NCBI GenBank assembly: GCA_964565865.1
Contig: CAZMGM010000009.1
Span: 5,070-69,069, forward strand
Direction of reading: 5' to 3'
From: an uncultured Acidobacteriota bacterium
Lineage (GTDB): Bacteria > Acidobacteriota > UBA6911 > RPQK01 > CBDAPI01
DNA length: 64,000 nt
Positions within the stretch are counted from its first letter, which is position 1; each line of letters begins with the position of its first letter. Both the position numbers and the translations under genes were made by a program. Shown here one piece after another: positions 1 to 8,801 of the stretch. Under the pieces are notes generated by a model. The model did not search any database and was not told where the DNA came from. It worked only from the letters and a program-made list of their open reading frames with translations.

Positions 1-665
1 GGCTCCAGGCAAGTTCGAAAGGGGCATCTCTGGACCTGCAGCTAAAGTCCCTCAAGGATCCGGTAATTCACGGCCAGGACGGAGTCAGCCAGAAAGGCAG
101 TCAGCCAGGCCAGGCGTCCCACTACTATTCATTGACTCGACTTTTGGTCCTGGGCCGCCTTCGTCTTGACGGGCACAGCCATGATGTTCAGGGGCAGGCG
201 TGGATGGACCATGAGTTCGGCACGAGTCAGATCTCGGATGAGCAGATTGGTTGGGACTGGTTTAGCCTGCAACTCGACAACCAATTTGAGGTCATGCTCT
301 ACCGGCTGCGAACGCGGGAGGGATCCCCGGACCCGAACTCGGCCGGCACAGTGGTCTCGCCTGAGGGAAGCACCTCGCCACTCGAGGGTTCCCAGTTTCA
401 GCTCAAGCCGACCCGGCACTGGACCAGCCGTCAGACCGGAATTCAGTATCCCGTTGGGTGGCAAGTGTCGATTCCCGAGTACGACGCCGTCCTGAGAGTG
501 ATTCCCCTTGTGGAGAACCAGGAGCTCGACACGCGCTCGTCGACCGGAATCGTCTACTGGGAGGGGGCAGTGGAGGTCAGAGGTCGTTGGAAGGGCAGGG
601 AAGTAACCGGGTTGGGGTACCTGGAGCTTACCGGCTACGGGGACGGGGGGCGACCCAACATTTGA
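1..665 (+). CDS. AttH/CrtC-like lipocalin-domain protein, C-terminal part (5' end lies outside the window)
   Basis: ORF is open to the window edge. It has motifs like WMDHEFG...YWEGAV...GYLELTGYG that recall the hydroxyneurosporene synthase/AttH family. Family assignment is from memory. Confidence 0.45.
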   Translation, partial: LQASSKGASLDLQLKSLKDPVIHGQDGVSQKGSQPGQASHYYSLTRLLVLGRLRLDGHSHDVQGQAWMDHEFGTSQISDEQIGWDWFSLQLDNQFEVMLYRLRTREGSPDPNSAGTVVSPEGSTSPLEGSQFQLKPTRHWTSRQTGIQYPVGWQVSIPEYDAVLRVIPLVENQELDTRSSTGIVYWEGAVEVRGRWKGREVTGLGYLELTGYGDGGRPNI

Positions 666-879
666 TGTCAACTTTCTTTGCTAAAATGGATCCTTAGTGA
701 GTGGGATTGAGTGGTTCGCAGTCCGTGGTAGAAGTCGTGCCAGCCACAAAACCGTTGGCCTGACCGGTGTCGAGGGTCCAGCAGGGTCTACGTCGGTTTG
801 CCTGTCATCTGGGTTCACGGCTCCCATGCCGTGACCCGTGGGACATTACCACGGGTTTCCAGGAAATTGAGGAAAGAAA

Positions 880-1278
880 ATGTATAAGCCCTTCCGGAGC
901 CTGACAACTGTTGCTGTTGTTGGTGGAATGGTGGCTATTGCTGTCTGGACCTGGCCCAGTCGAGTCACCGCCCAGATCCCAGAGAAGTTTGAGAATCTTC
1001 AAGTCGAACCCAAGGATATTTCACGGATGGACTTGTTGAATGCGATGAAGGACATGACTTTCGCGCTGGGTACTCGATGCTGGTACTGTCATGAAGGTGA
1101 GGGAGATGATTTATCCAACTTCGACTTCGCTTCCGATAAGAAGGCAGCCAAGGATGTCACCCGCACCATGATGAAGATGGTGGAGGAGATTAACACCAGC
1201 TTCATTGCAAAAGTGGAAGCAGACGCAAAAGTGACCTGCTACACTTGCCACCGGGGCCACATCGAGCCGGAGGAGTAG
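880..1278 (+). CDS. Small di-heme c-type cytochrome with an N-terminal signal/TM segment
   Basis: Two CxxCH motifs (CWYCH, CYTCH), a hydrophobic N-terminus, and an AGGAAA-type RBS region upstream. Confidence 0.55.
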   Translation: MYKPFRSLTTVAVVGGMVAIAVWTWPSRVTAQIPEKFENLQVEPKDISRMDLLNAMKDMTFALGTRCWYCHEGEGDDLSNFDFASDKKAAKDVTRTMMKMVEEINTSFIAKVEADAKVTCYTCHRGHIEPEE

Positions 1279-1341
1279 CGAAAGGCACCCTTGTTATCAA
1301 GTGCGCTACTGTCGAGGGTGGCAGTGAGCGAAGTTAACCAT

Positions 1342-2355
1342 TCAGATCTCAACCATCCGCTCTACGGAAAGACGGGCCCGATCAGCCACTTCCGGGTCCA
1401 GCTCAATCTCGTAAACTAGTTCCTCCAGTGAGCGCAGGATCTTGGGCAGGGTGATTTTTTTCATGTGTGGGCAAAGATTACAGGGTCTTATGAATTCAAT
1501 ATCGGGGCATTCGACGGCTACGTTGTCACTCATCGAGCACTCCGTCACCATCACTACGCGGGCCGGCCGCGTACTCTTCGCATGTTGTATCATTCCAGCC
1601 GTTGATCCGATGTAGTCGGCTTCCCTCAGCACATCGGGAGGACACTCCGGATGTGCCAGGATAGTGATTCCGGGAAGGGTCTCCCGATAGTGGCGCAGCT
1701 GCTCGCCGGTGAAGCGCTCATGAACCTCACAATGGCCCTGCCAGGAGATGATGCTGGTGAGGGTCTTGCGCGCCACCCAATCCGCCAGATACTCGTCGGG
1801 AAGAAAGATCACCCGCTCGGCCTGCAGAGATTCGACTACCTGAACCGCGTTGCTGGAAGTGCAGCAGATGTCAGATTCGGCTTTCACCGCCGCCGAGGTG
1901 TTGACATAGGTCACGACCGGGACACCTGGATACCGTTCCCGCAAAAGGCGGATGTCCTGTGCGGTAATGGAAGAGGCCAGTGAGCAGCCGGCCTCGCGAT
2001 CCGGGATCAAGACTCTTTTCTCGGGATTGAGAAGCTTGGCAGTCTCTGCCATGAAATGGACGCCGCAGAGAACGATAATCTGAGCATCTGTTTCAACGGC
2101 TTTCCGGGCCAGAGCCAGGGAATCACCCCTGAAGTCAGCCACGCCGTGAAAGATCTCGGGCGTCTGATAATTGTGTGCCATCACGATGGCACCGCGTTCC
2201 CTTTTCAGACGGTTGATGGCGGCGATGTAGGGTGCGTGGACCGGCCATTCCACCTCGGGAATTACAGTCCGAACACGCTCATAGATGGCCCTGGTCTGGC
2301 GGGCAACTTGCGGCGTATACGTCAAAAAAGGAGGGTTCAGGTTTTCCGTCTGCAT
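1342..2355 (-). CDS. nadA: Quinolinate synthase A
   Basis: Full-length ORF with conserved NadA blocks (MAHNYQ, VHFMAET, cysteine-containing C-terminal region). Confidence 0.9.
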   Translation of the reverse strand: MQTENLNPPFLTYTPQVARQTRAIYERVRTVIPEVEWPVHAPYIAAINRLKRERGAIVMAHNYQTPEIFHGVADFRGDSLALARKAVETDAQIIVLCGVHFMAETAKLLNPEKRVLIPDREAGCSLASSITAQDIRLLRERYPGVPVVTYVNTSAAVKAESDICCTSSNAVQVVESLQAERVIFLPDEYLADWVARKTLTSIISWQGHCEVHERFTGEQLRHYRETLPGITILAHPECPPDVLREADYIGSTAGMIQHAKSTRPARVVMVTECSMSDNVAVECPDIEFIRPCNLCPHMKKITLPKILRSLEELVYEIELDPEVADRARLSVERMVEI

Positions 2356-2369
2356 GAGACCTCTTCAAT

Positions 2370-2388
2370 TATGCTCAACCTGAGCATA
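2370..2388. promoter_or_regulatory. Perfect 8-3-8 palindrome TATGCTCA-ACC-TGAGCATA 15-35 bp upstream of the nadA start; candidate NrtR operator
   Basis: Read directly from the sequence. It lies between nrtR and nadA on the same strand, overlapping the expected promoter position. Confidence 0.4.
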
Positions 2389-2570
2389 TAAGAGAACCAA
2401 AAAAATCGGGTCGCCCATGGTTGGCTGACCCTATGCTGATACTAATTTCGCGCATATATGATTGTCAAGATTCATAAGGATACAGGTGAAACTTCAGGTG
2501 TTGTTGTGTCTTAAAGACTTAAGGTTAACTACTTTCAGATGTTAACAATTGAAACGTATAAAGCCGGACT

Positions 2571-3506
2571 TTATGAGACTCCTGGCAGGCCGACTCCAGG
2601 CGCAGGTCTTTCCTTCAGAACTTCCTTGCGAAAACGGAATAGTTCAGCAGGACGACCACCCGTGTGAGGATGGAGCTGAGAGGTGCCCTCCACGAGTCCA
2701 GCTCGTTCTACCAGGCGCCGGAAGTTTTGTTTGTGAAGTCTGAACCCTTCAAGTGCCTCCACCACTCGCTGTAGCTGCAGGAGCGTAAACTCGGACGGAA
2801 GAAGCTCAAAGACGACCGGGCGATACCTGAGCTTGCCACGCAGCCGGTCCAGCGCCGTGGCGATGATGCGGCGGTGATCTAGGAACATGGGCTCTGTCAG
2901 CCGACGGTGTATTAAAGACGAGGCAGGAGAGTCTTCCCGCCAGGCTTCGGCCACAAGTCTGGCCTCATAGAGTAGTTCATACCGCTCCAGAGCCCGCTCC
3001 CAGTTCCAGGGAGCCCCGCCCCATCCGAAACAGACCTCAATTCGTTCGCGGCGCAGGCTCCGGTGGCGCCGCGAGGAGACCATCCATTCTCCCAGGGCCG
3101 GCAGGATTTTCTCGTCCAGGATCTTGGGTCGGCCTTCCCGCCAGTCCTCCCAGGGCAGGAACGCATACCAGTTCGACCAGCGGGCCGCCTCCACTCCGGG
3201 AGGTTGCTCTCTTACCAGAGCAAGGTAGGCGACCGAGAGAATCCGGGACTCTCCAGGATCGCGGTTACGGTCGCCAAAGGTATAAAGCTGCTCGCTATAG
3301 CCCAGGTGGATCCCGGTCTGCTCTCTGACCCAGCGCCTCAGGCCCAGCTCCAGTGTGGCATCACTATCCAGGTCCAGGGGACCGTAGGGCAGGGCAGCTA
3401 GCCTTCCGTTTTGGCTTTCTCCCACACGAACGGTCAGAATCCGGGGCACTTCCTCAGTCACCGCTACAATGACTGCGTTCAACCCAACCAGTACGAGCCT
3501 TTTCAC
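2571..3506 (-). CDS. nrtR: Nudix-related transcriptional regulator (Nudix-like domain plus C-terminal winged-helix domain)
   Basis: N-terminal degenerate Nudix box (RRWVREQTGI). C-terminal segment ...RYRPVVFELLPSEFTLLQLQRVVEAL...NFRRLVERAGLVE...GGRPAELFRF is typical of NrtR DNA-binding domains. Sits immediately upstream of nadA in the same orientation. Confidence 0.65.
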   Translation of the reverse strand: MKRLVLVGLNAVIVAVTEEVPRILTVRVGESQNGRLAALPYGPLDLDSDATLELGLRRWVREQTGIHLGYSEQLYTFGDRNRDPGESRILSVAYLALVREQPPGVEAARWSNWYAFLPWEDWREGRPKILDEKILPALGEWMVSSRRHRSLRRERIEVCFGWGGAPWNWERALERYELLYEARLVAEAWREDSPASSLIHRRLTEPMFLDHRRIIATALDRLRGKLRYRPVVFELLPSEFTLLQLQRVVEALEGFRLHKQNFRRLVERAGLVEGTSQLHPHTGGRPAELFRFRKEVLKERPAPGVGLPGVS

Positions 3507-3773
3507 TGCACAGCTTTATAGCACAGTGAACCAATCTTGACTCCCCACTACGCGCCGCCGCACTATTTCCACCACGCGCTGCGAGTCCTTGCTTTTACAG
3601 TACCGGTAAACTCTTGAGGACAGGATGGAGGCAGGGGTTTTCATAGGACAGTCCTACTATCTTCTCTTCGATTCCAAGTTGTGGAAGGCGATGCAGCCCT
3701 TTCCTTGAGGAAAGGCGACTAAAACAGTTGAGCCGGTCGGAGCAGATGGCTGGGTAGAAGTTGCCCAGTGCCA

Positions 3774-3835
3774 GGTGCAAAGTGGAAAGCACTTTGCACC
3801 TTCAACGTTGAACTTTCGACTTTGAACTTTTACCC
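3774..3835. repeat. Locus A of the heptad-repeat family: perfect 11-bp-stem hairpin GGTGCAAAGTG-GAAAG-CACTTTGCACC followed by five 7-bp-periodic units (CTTCAAC GTTGAAC TTTCGAC TTTGAAC TTTTACC)
   Basis: Seen in sequence: an RAC trinucleotide recurs at exactly 7-nt spacing. Shares ACCTTCAAC with other loci. Confidence 0.4.
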
Positions 3836-4608
3836 AGGAGGGCGAGACTTACAAGACGAAAGGAGAAGGCTGCCCCTCGTGACGGGTGCGACCTTCCCCA
3901 CGGGCTGCAATGGAGGACTGGACCGGTCCAGGTGGAGGCACTACGTGCCGTTCGGGAGAGGTCCGGGGTGAGTGACTGATGGAAGGTGGTTTGGCGCGCA
4001 GTCGCAGCATTAGGACGACCAGCAGAATCCATAGAATGATGAGCGCCGGAATCAAAACCATCAAATTCGCTTCCTCCATATCTAAGACTCTCAGGCCTCG
4101 AATTTGTTTCATTCTGGTTTGGCGCACGAACCGGGTTGGTTGTGCTTGCCAGGGCGCCGCTGCCTGCCAAACGGTTGGTGAGAATGGCGGGCAGGGAGAA
4201 TTGCGTAATGTTGGCAACAACGTTTGCCCGCCGATACCAGGTCGATTCCCGGGCCAGGGCAGAGAAGTTGGGGAAACGTGAAGAGTCGATCCCTCCATCG
4301 CGGTTCAGGAGTGAGGCGAGCGGAAGTTCGTCGAAAACGACCAGCACAAGGGGGAGTGGGTTTTCAATCTCCACATCCCCCAACTCGATACTGGTCGAGG
4401 CCGAGGTGGTGAGAAGCGGTGAAATTGTGGGGCTGGCAAGGAACGCCCCGTCAACAACAAACAGGGCCGGGAAGAGGACATTGAAAAAGAGACGCAGAGC
4501 CGCAAGCCAGCGGTAAACGACTACCACAAGGAGTCCTGCCGCGGCGACGGCCAGGGGGGCAGGGTGGAGATCTGCTTCGTCATCTCCGAGTTCTGTCAGC
4601 TGTAGCAC
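3802..4608 (-). CDS. Hypothetical protein with one TM segment; the C-terminal half is low-complexity and may be non-coding or frameshifted
   Basis: Longest ORF in a 1.2 kb region lacking other convincing genes. Only the first ~150 residues look protein-like. Confidence 0.2.
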   Translation of the reverse strand: MLQLTELGDDEADLHPAPLAVAAAGLLVVVVYRWLAALRLFFNVLFPALFVVDGAFLASPTISPLLTTSASTSIELGDVEIENPLPLVLVVFDELPLASLLNRDGGIDSSRFPNFSALARESTWYRRANVVANITQFSLPAILTNRLAGSGALASTTNPVRAPNQNETNSRPESLRYGGSEFDGFDSGAHHSMDSAGRPNAATARQTTFHQSLTPDLSRTARSASTWTGPVLHCSPWGRSHPSRGAAFSFRLVSLALLGKSSKSKVQR

Positions 4609-4708
4609 AACTGGGAAGGTCCACCGTCGACTTCAGGGCTTTTCACAGCGTCTAGCGAGGAACCCGTGGCGGGACGGTTCCCTTTCTGTTAGAAAGAACC
4701 TGGAATCT

Positions 4709-5950
4709 ATGCGGGTATTTAGCCTTCTCCTGTGCTTCTCACTCACGGCCCTTGCTTCGGCACAGAAACCCAACCTGATCGTGATCGTAGCCGATGATCT
4801 GGGCTGGGGAGATCTGTCAGTGTATGGCTCTACAGAGATCCATACCCCCGTGTTGGATGGCCTGGCCCGTCGTGGTGTTAGGTTCACTCAGTTTTACAGT
4901 GTCTCTCCTGTCTGTAGCCCGTCTCGAGCATCTCTCCTCACCGGACTCCTTCCTCCGCGGACGGGTATTTTTGAGGTCCTGAGCCCAGGATCCCGGCAGG
5001 GTCTGCCACGAAATCTGGTGACTCTTCCCGAAGCTCTTCAGGCCCAGGGCTACCGCACTGCTGCGATCGGAAAATGGCATCTCGGCGATGCTGTTCCCAG
5101 TCTTCCAACCGGGCATGGTTTCCATGAGTTCTTTGGGATCCCTTACAGCAACGACATGGTTCCCTTGCGTCTGGTCCGCAACTCGGAGATCATCGACCCG
5201 AACCCCACCCAGGCCTTCCTGACCCGGGATTTTACCAACGAGGCCATCGCTTTCCTGAACCGCAATGTGGCAAGCCCTTTCTTCCTGTACCTGCCGCTCA
5301 GTACACCTCACGTGCCGCTTGCCGTACCCAACGCTTGGAGAAATCAACGCCGGAGCCGGTACATCGACTCGGTAGAGTATATGGACTGGAATCTGGGAAG
5401 ATTCCTGGAGCGCCTGGAAGAGCTGGACCTAGCTCGGCGAACGGTCATTGTGTTCACCTCGGACAATGGATCGTGGAGGCTTCGTTCAAACGGCGGGCTG
5501 CGGGGCGGAAAGAAGTCCGTGTATGAGGGTGGCGTCAGAGTTCCCCTCATTGTTTCCTTCCCTGGCCTCCCCGACCCCCGCCCGGAAATCGACACTCCGG
5601 CCATGATGTGTGATCTTTTTCCCACGCTTCTCCGCCTCGCAGGCGGAGCGGAGCAGGAAGGTCTGGACGGGCGTCATCTGCTGAATCTCGTGGGGGGCGA
5701 GAGGACCGACGAAGCCTTTGGACGACGCCCCGGAGATCCCATCTTTTTTTTCCTGCGGGAACGTGTGGCTGCTGTTCGGGTGGGTCGCTGGAAGCTGCAC
5801 CTGAAACCTCCCGGGCCGACTCCGCAGACCCCGGACCAACTCTTCAATCTCGATACCGATCCGGGCGAGTCAGAGAATCTGCTTGAGCAACATCCTCGGG
5901 TCGCGGAGCAGCTCCGCTGTCTGGTCAGAGAATATGAAGCCGGCTGGTAA
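4709..5950 (+). CDS. Formylglycine-dependent sulfatase (arylsulfatase family), secreted
   Basis: Signal peptide. Sulfatase signature CSPSRASLLTG (C-x-P-x-R) and NLIVIVADDLGWGDL metal-binding block. Confidence 0.85.
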   Translation: MRVFSLLLCFSLTALASAQKPNLIVIVADDLGWGDLSVYGSTEIHTPVLDGLARRGVRFTQFYSVSPVCSPSRASLLTGLLPPRTGIFEVLSPGSRQGLPRNLVTLPEALQAQGYRTAAIGKWHLGDAVPSLPTGHGFHEFFGIPYSNDMVPLRLVRNSEIIDPNPTQAFLTRDFTNEAIAFLNRNVASPFFLYLPLSTPHVPLAVPNAWRNQRRSRYIDSVEYMDWNLGRFLERLEELDLARRTVIVFTSDNGSWRLRSNGGLRGGKKSVYEGGVRVPLIVSFPGLPDPRPEIDTPAMMCDLFPTLLRLAGGAEQEGLDGRHLLNLVGGERTDEAFGRRPGDPIFFFLRERVAAVRVGRWKLHLKPPGPTPQTPDQLFNLDTDPGESENLLEQHPRVAEQLRCLVREYEAGW

Positions 5951-6084
5951 CGGTAGGCTGACGCTCTACCGTGCTCTTCCTTTCCTCTAGACCCTTTTGA
6001 ATCAGCCGAAGCGGTAGTAGAGCTGACCCAGCAGGTAGCGGGTCCGGGCCTGCTCGGCAGGGTCAACCTTCAACTGTCAAGGGT

Positions 6085-8229
6085 TCATTTCAGGTGATGG
6101 GTCAGAAATGCCAGTTGATCGGCAGCTTCTTCGATTCGCATCGATACCGGCTTTCCGGAACCGTGCCCTGCCCGCGTTGCGATTCGAATGAGAACCGGGT
6201 TTGAGCCCTGATGGGCCTCCTGGAGCCGGGCGGCAAACTTGAAACTGTGGCTTGGAACTACCCGATCATCGTGATCTGCTGTGATGACGAGCGTAGGAGG
6301 GTATTTCACGCCGTCCCGGATATTGTGGTAGGGCGAATAGGCGTGAATGGTGCGAAAGTCTGCCGGGTTATCGGGGGAACCGTAGTCAGACACCCAGGCC
6401 CAACCGATCGTGAACTTATGGAACCGGAGCATGTCCATGACCCCGACGGCGGGCAGTGCTGCTCCGAAAAGATCAGGCCGCTGGATGATGCAAGCGCCGA
6501 CCAAAAGGCCACCGTTGCTCCCGCCAGAAATCCCAATGTACGGAGAGGAAGTATAGCCTTCCTTGATCAGCCATTCGGCTGCGCTGATGAAGTCATCGAA
6601 CACGTTCTGTTTGTTCGACTTCATACCGGCCTGGTGCCATTCCTCGCCGTACTCTCCCCCGCCCCTTAGATTCGCCACCGCATAAACTCCACCGTTCTTG
6701 AGCCAGACTGCATTGGAGACAGAGAACCGTGGGGTTAAGGGGATGTTGAAACCGCCGTAGCCGTAGAGTAGGGTCGGGTTTTTCCCGTCTAACTCGAGCC
6801 CTTTGCGGAAGGTGATAAACATGGGAATGGAGGTACCATCCCGGCTCGAATAGAAGACCTGGCGTGTTTCGTATGCTGAGGAATCCAACTGGATGGCCGG
6901 TTTCCAGTGAATCGTGCTCTCACCGGACTCCAGTTCGTATTGATAAATGGTTCCTGGGTCCGTATAGCTTGAAAAATGGTAGAAGGTCTCCTGGTCTTCC
7001 AGCCTTCCCCCGAAACCCGAAGCAGAGCCGATTGCTGGTAGGTCCAGTTCTCGAAGTTTCCTCCCCCTCAAGTCACGGACTTCTACATAACTGTGAGCGT
7101 CGCGCAGGTAGGACAGGACAAAACTGTGGTTGAGGGCAGAAACCGAACGCAGGGTGTTCCTGGTTTCCGGCACCAGTTCGACCCATTGATCTCGTTGGGG
7201 TCTTCGAGTGTCGATCTGGATGAGCCGGCCACGTGGCGCCTCCAGGTCGGTCCGAAACCAGAAAAGTGGGCCCTGATTGCCGATGAAAGAGTACCCGGCA
7301 TCGAAGTCGTTGAGTAGCTCGACCACCTTGCCCCTGCTTTGAAGGTCCTTGTAATAGATCCGGTTTCTTTCCTCGGTTCCCTTCCTGACATGGATAATGA
7401 GGTAGCGGCCGTCGTCGGTGACCAAACCGTTGAAGCCCCAGTCGGCGTGATCCTGGCGTTCGTAGACCAGCTGGTCCTGCTTCTGGGAATCACCTATCTG
7501 GTGGTAGTAAATTTTTTGGAAGTAGTTCGTCTCTTCCAGAATGTCTCCAGCCGGCTCGTCGTAACGGCTGTAAAAGAAGCCCTGGCTGTCCCCGGTCCAG
7601 GAGGCTGAGGAAAATTTCACCCATTGGACCTTGTCCTTCAGGTCCCTGGAAGTTGCTACTTCCCGCACATGCCACTCCCTCCAGTCAGAGCCGCCTCTGG
7701 AGATACTGTAAGCGAGGTAAGCGCCATCCGGGCTCAGGGCCGTACCTGCCAGCGAAATCGTCCCGTCTTCGGAAAAAGTATTGGGGTCCAGCAGTAAACG
7801 TGGTTCACCCTCCAGACCTTTGACAATGTAGAGGACGCTCTGATCTTGGAGACCATCGTTGCGAGTGTACAAGTAAAGGTCACCTTCCTTTTGGGGTAAT
7901 CCAAAGCGCTCATAGTTCCACATGGCCGTCAGCTGAATCTTCAGCCTTTCGCGATCAGAAAGGCTCTTCAGATAGGGGAACGTGACTTCGTTTTGAGCCT
8001 TAACCCAGGCTCCAGTCTCTGGGGAATCAAGGTCTTCCAGCCAGCGGTACGGGTCTGCAACCTCTACTCCGTGCAGGTTTTCGACCACATCAACTTTCCT
8101 GGTTGCCGGATAAGAGAGAGGAGTTTGATCGGCAGCCGGGCCAGAGCACCCACAAAAAAGCCCGCCCGTGAAAAGAAGACCAACGGCCTTGATTCGAATA
8201 CTCCAGAACTTCAAAGTTTTGCGGCTCAT
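6085..8229 (-). CDS. Prolyl oligopeptidase (S9A family), lipoprotein-type signal
   Basis: C-terminal catalytic domain with GGSNGGLL nucleophile motif. The N-terminus MSRKTLKFWSIRIKAVGLLFTGGLFCGCSG has a lipobox and is preceded by a GGGAG RBS. The ORF-track ORF extends in frame to 8637, but that extension is probably not part of this gene. Confidence 0.85.
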   Translation of the reverse strand: MSRKTLKFWSIRIKAVGLLFTGGLFCGCSGPAADQTPLSYPATRKVDVVENLHGVEVADPYRWLEDLDSPETGAWVKAQNEVTFPYLKSLSDRERLKIQLTAMWNYERFGLPQKEGDLYLYTRNDGLQDQSVLYIVKGLEGEPRLLLDPNTFSEDGTISLAGTALSPDGAYLAYSISRGGSDWREWHVREVATSRDLKDKVQWVKFSSASWTGDSQGFFYSRYDEPAGDILEETNYFQKIYYHQIGDSQKQDQLVYERQDHADWGFNGLVTDDGRYLIIHVRKGTEERNRIYYKDLQSRGKVVELLNDFDAGYSFIGNQGPLFWFRTDLEAPRGRLIQIDTRRPQRDQWVELVPETRNTLRSVSALNHSFVLSYLRDAHSYVEVRDLRGRKLRELDLPAIGSASGFGGRLEDQETFYHFSSYTDPGTIYQYELESGESTIHWKPAIQLDSSAYETRQVFYSSRDGTSIPMFITFRKGLELDGKNPTLLYGYGGFNIPLTPRFSVSNAVWLKNGGVYAVANLRGGGEYGEEWHQAGMKSNKQNVFDDFISAAEWLIKEGYTSSPYIGISGGSNGGLLVGACIIQRPDLFGAALPAVGVMDMLRFHKFTIGWAWVSDYGSPDNPADFRTIHAYSPYHNIRDGVKYPPTLVITADHDDRVVPSHSFKFAARLQEAHQGSNPVLIRIATRAGHGSGKPVSMRIEEAADQLAFLTHHLK

Positions 8230-8694
8230 AGAGTGCGACTCCCGGCCGGCCGCAGCGGCAGCCAACAGGTAAACGCCGATGATCGCCAGCAGCACCATCA
8301 AGCATTCTACCTTGATGGCCAGGAAGAGGCTAAGCAGAGTCCCCATCACTGAGGCGCTTTCGTTGATGCCCCAGGACCAGGGCACGAAGGCTTCGTCCCG
8401 GGAGTGCAGGAGTCGGATCCCGGAAGGGAAGAGCATTCCTATCAGCAAACCGAACGGAGTCACCAGCCCTGCCACGAGCAAGATGCGAGCTACTAGAGGA
8501 GTTAACAGAAGGGTCTTGGTCAACGGGACAACCCAAGGGTGACGGCGAAAAACAGAGCGGGATGCCCGGCAAGGGCCGATGGGTTCACTATTCCTGCTCC
8601 GGCCACGAGCCAAGAGTCTACCAGTCGGCAAGGACATCTAAGCTGCCCTGTGGAGCTGGCAACCGCACAACCTGATGCGCGTGTCGAATCAAAA

Positions 8695-8760
8695 GTGCCA
8701 AGTGAAAATTACAAAGTGGGAATGACTGTTAACCTTCCACTCTGAACTTGCAACTAGGCA
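8695..8760. repeat. Locus D of the heptad-repeat family (GTGCCAA GTGAAAA TTACAAA GTGGGAA / TGACTGTTAA / CCTTCCAC TCTGAAC TTGCAAC TAGGCAA)
   Basis: Seen in sequence: inverted arrangement of 7-bp-periodic units about 60-110 bp upstream of the fadD ATG. Confidence 0.35.
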
Positions 8761-8801
8761 ATCTGATAAAGTGCTTCCACATTGGACTGGAGGCAAAAGG
8801 C

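Noticed and set aside
129-671. 180-aa minus-strand ORF antisense to the AttH/CrtC-like gene (and similar long antisense ORFs at 1651-1983, 2056-2391, 5486-5839, 9552-10214 and elsewhere)
   Set aside because: High-GC genomes generate long antisense ORFs. These are P/R/S/G-rich with no motifs, and they overlap well-supported genes.
4655-4661. Recurrence of the 7-mer CCCGTGG / CCACGGG (834, 4655, 17775, 50704)
   Set aside because: Five copies of a specific GC-rich 7-mer in 128 kb of two-strand sequence is about the random expectation. Only the longer 17-mer similarity between the 838 and 50693 copies was kept.
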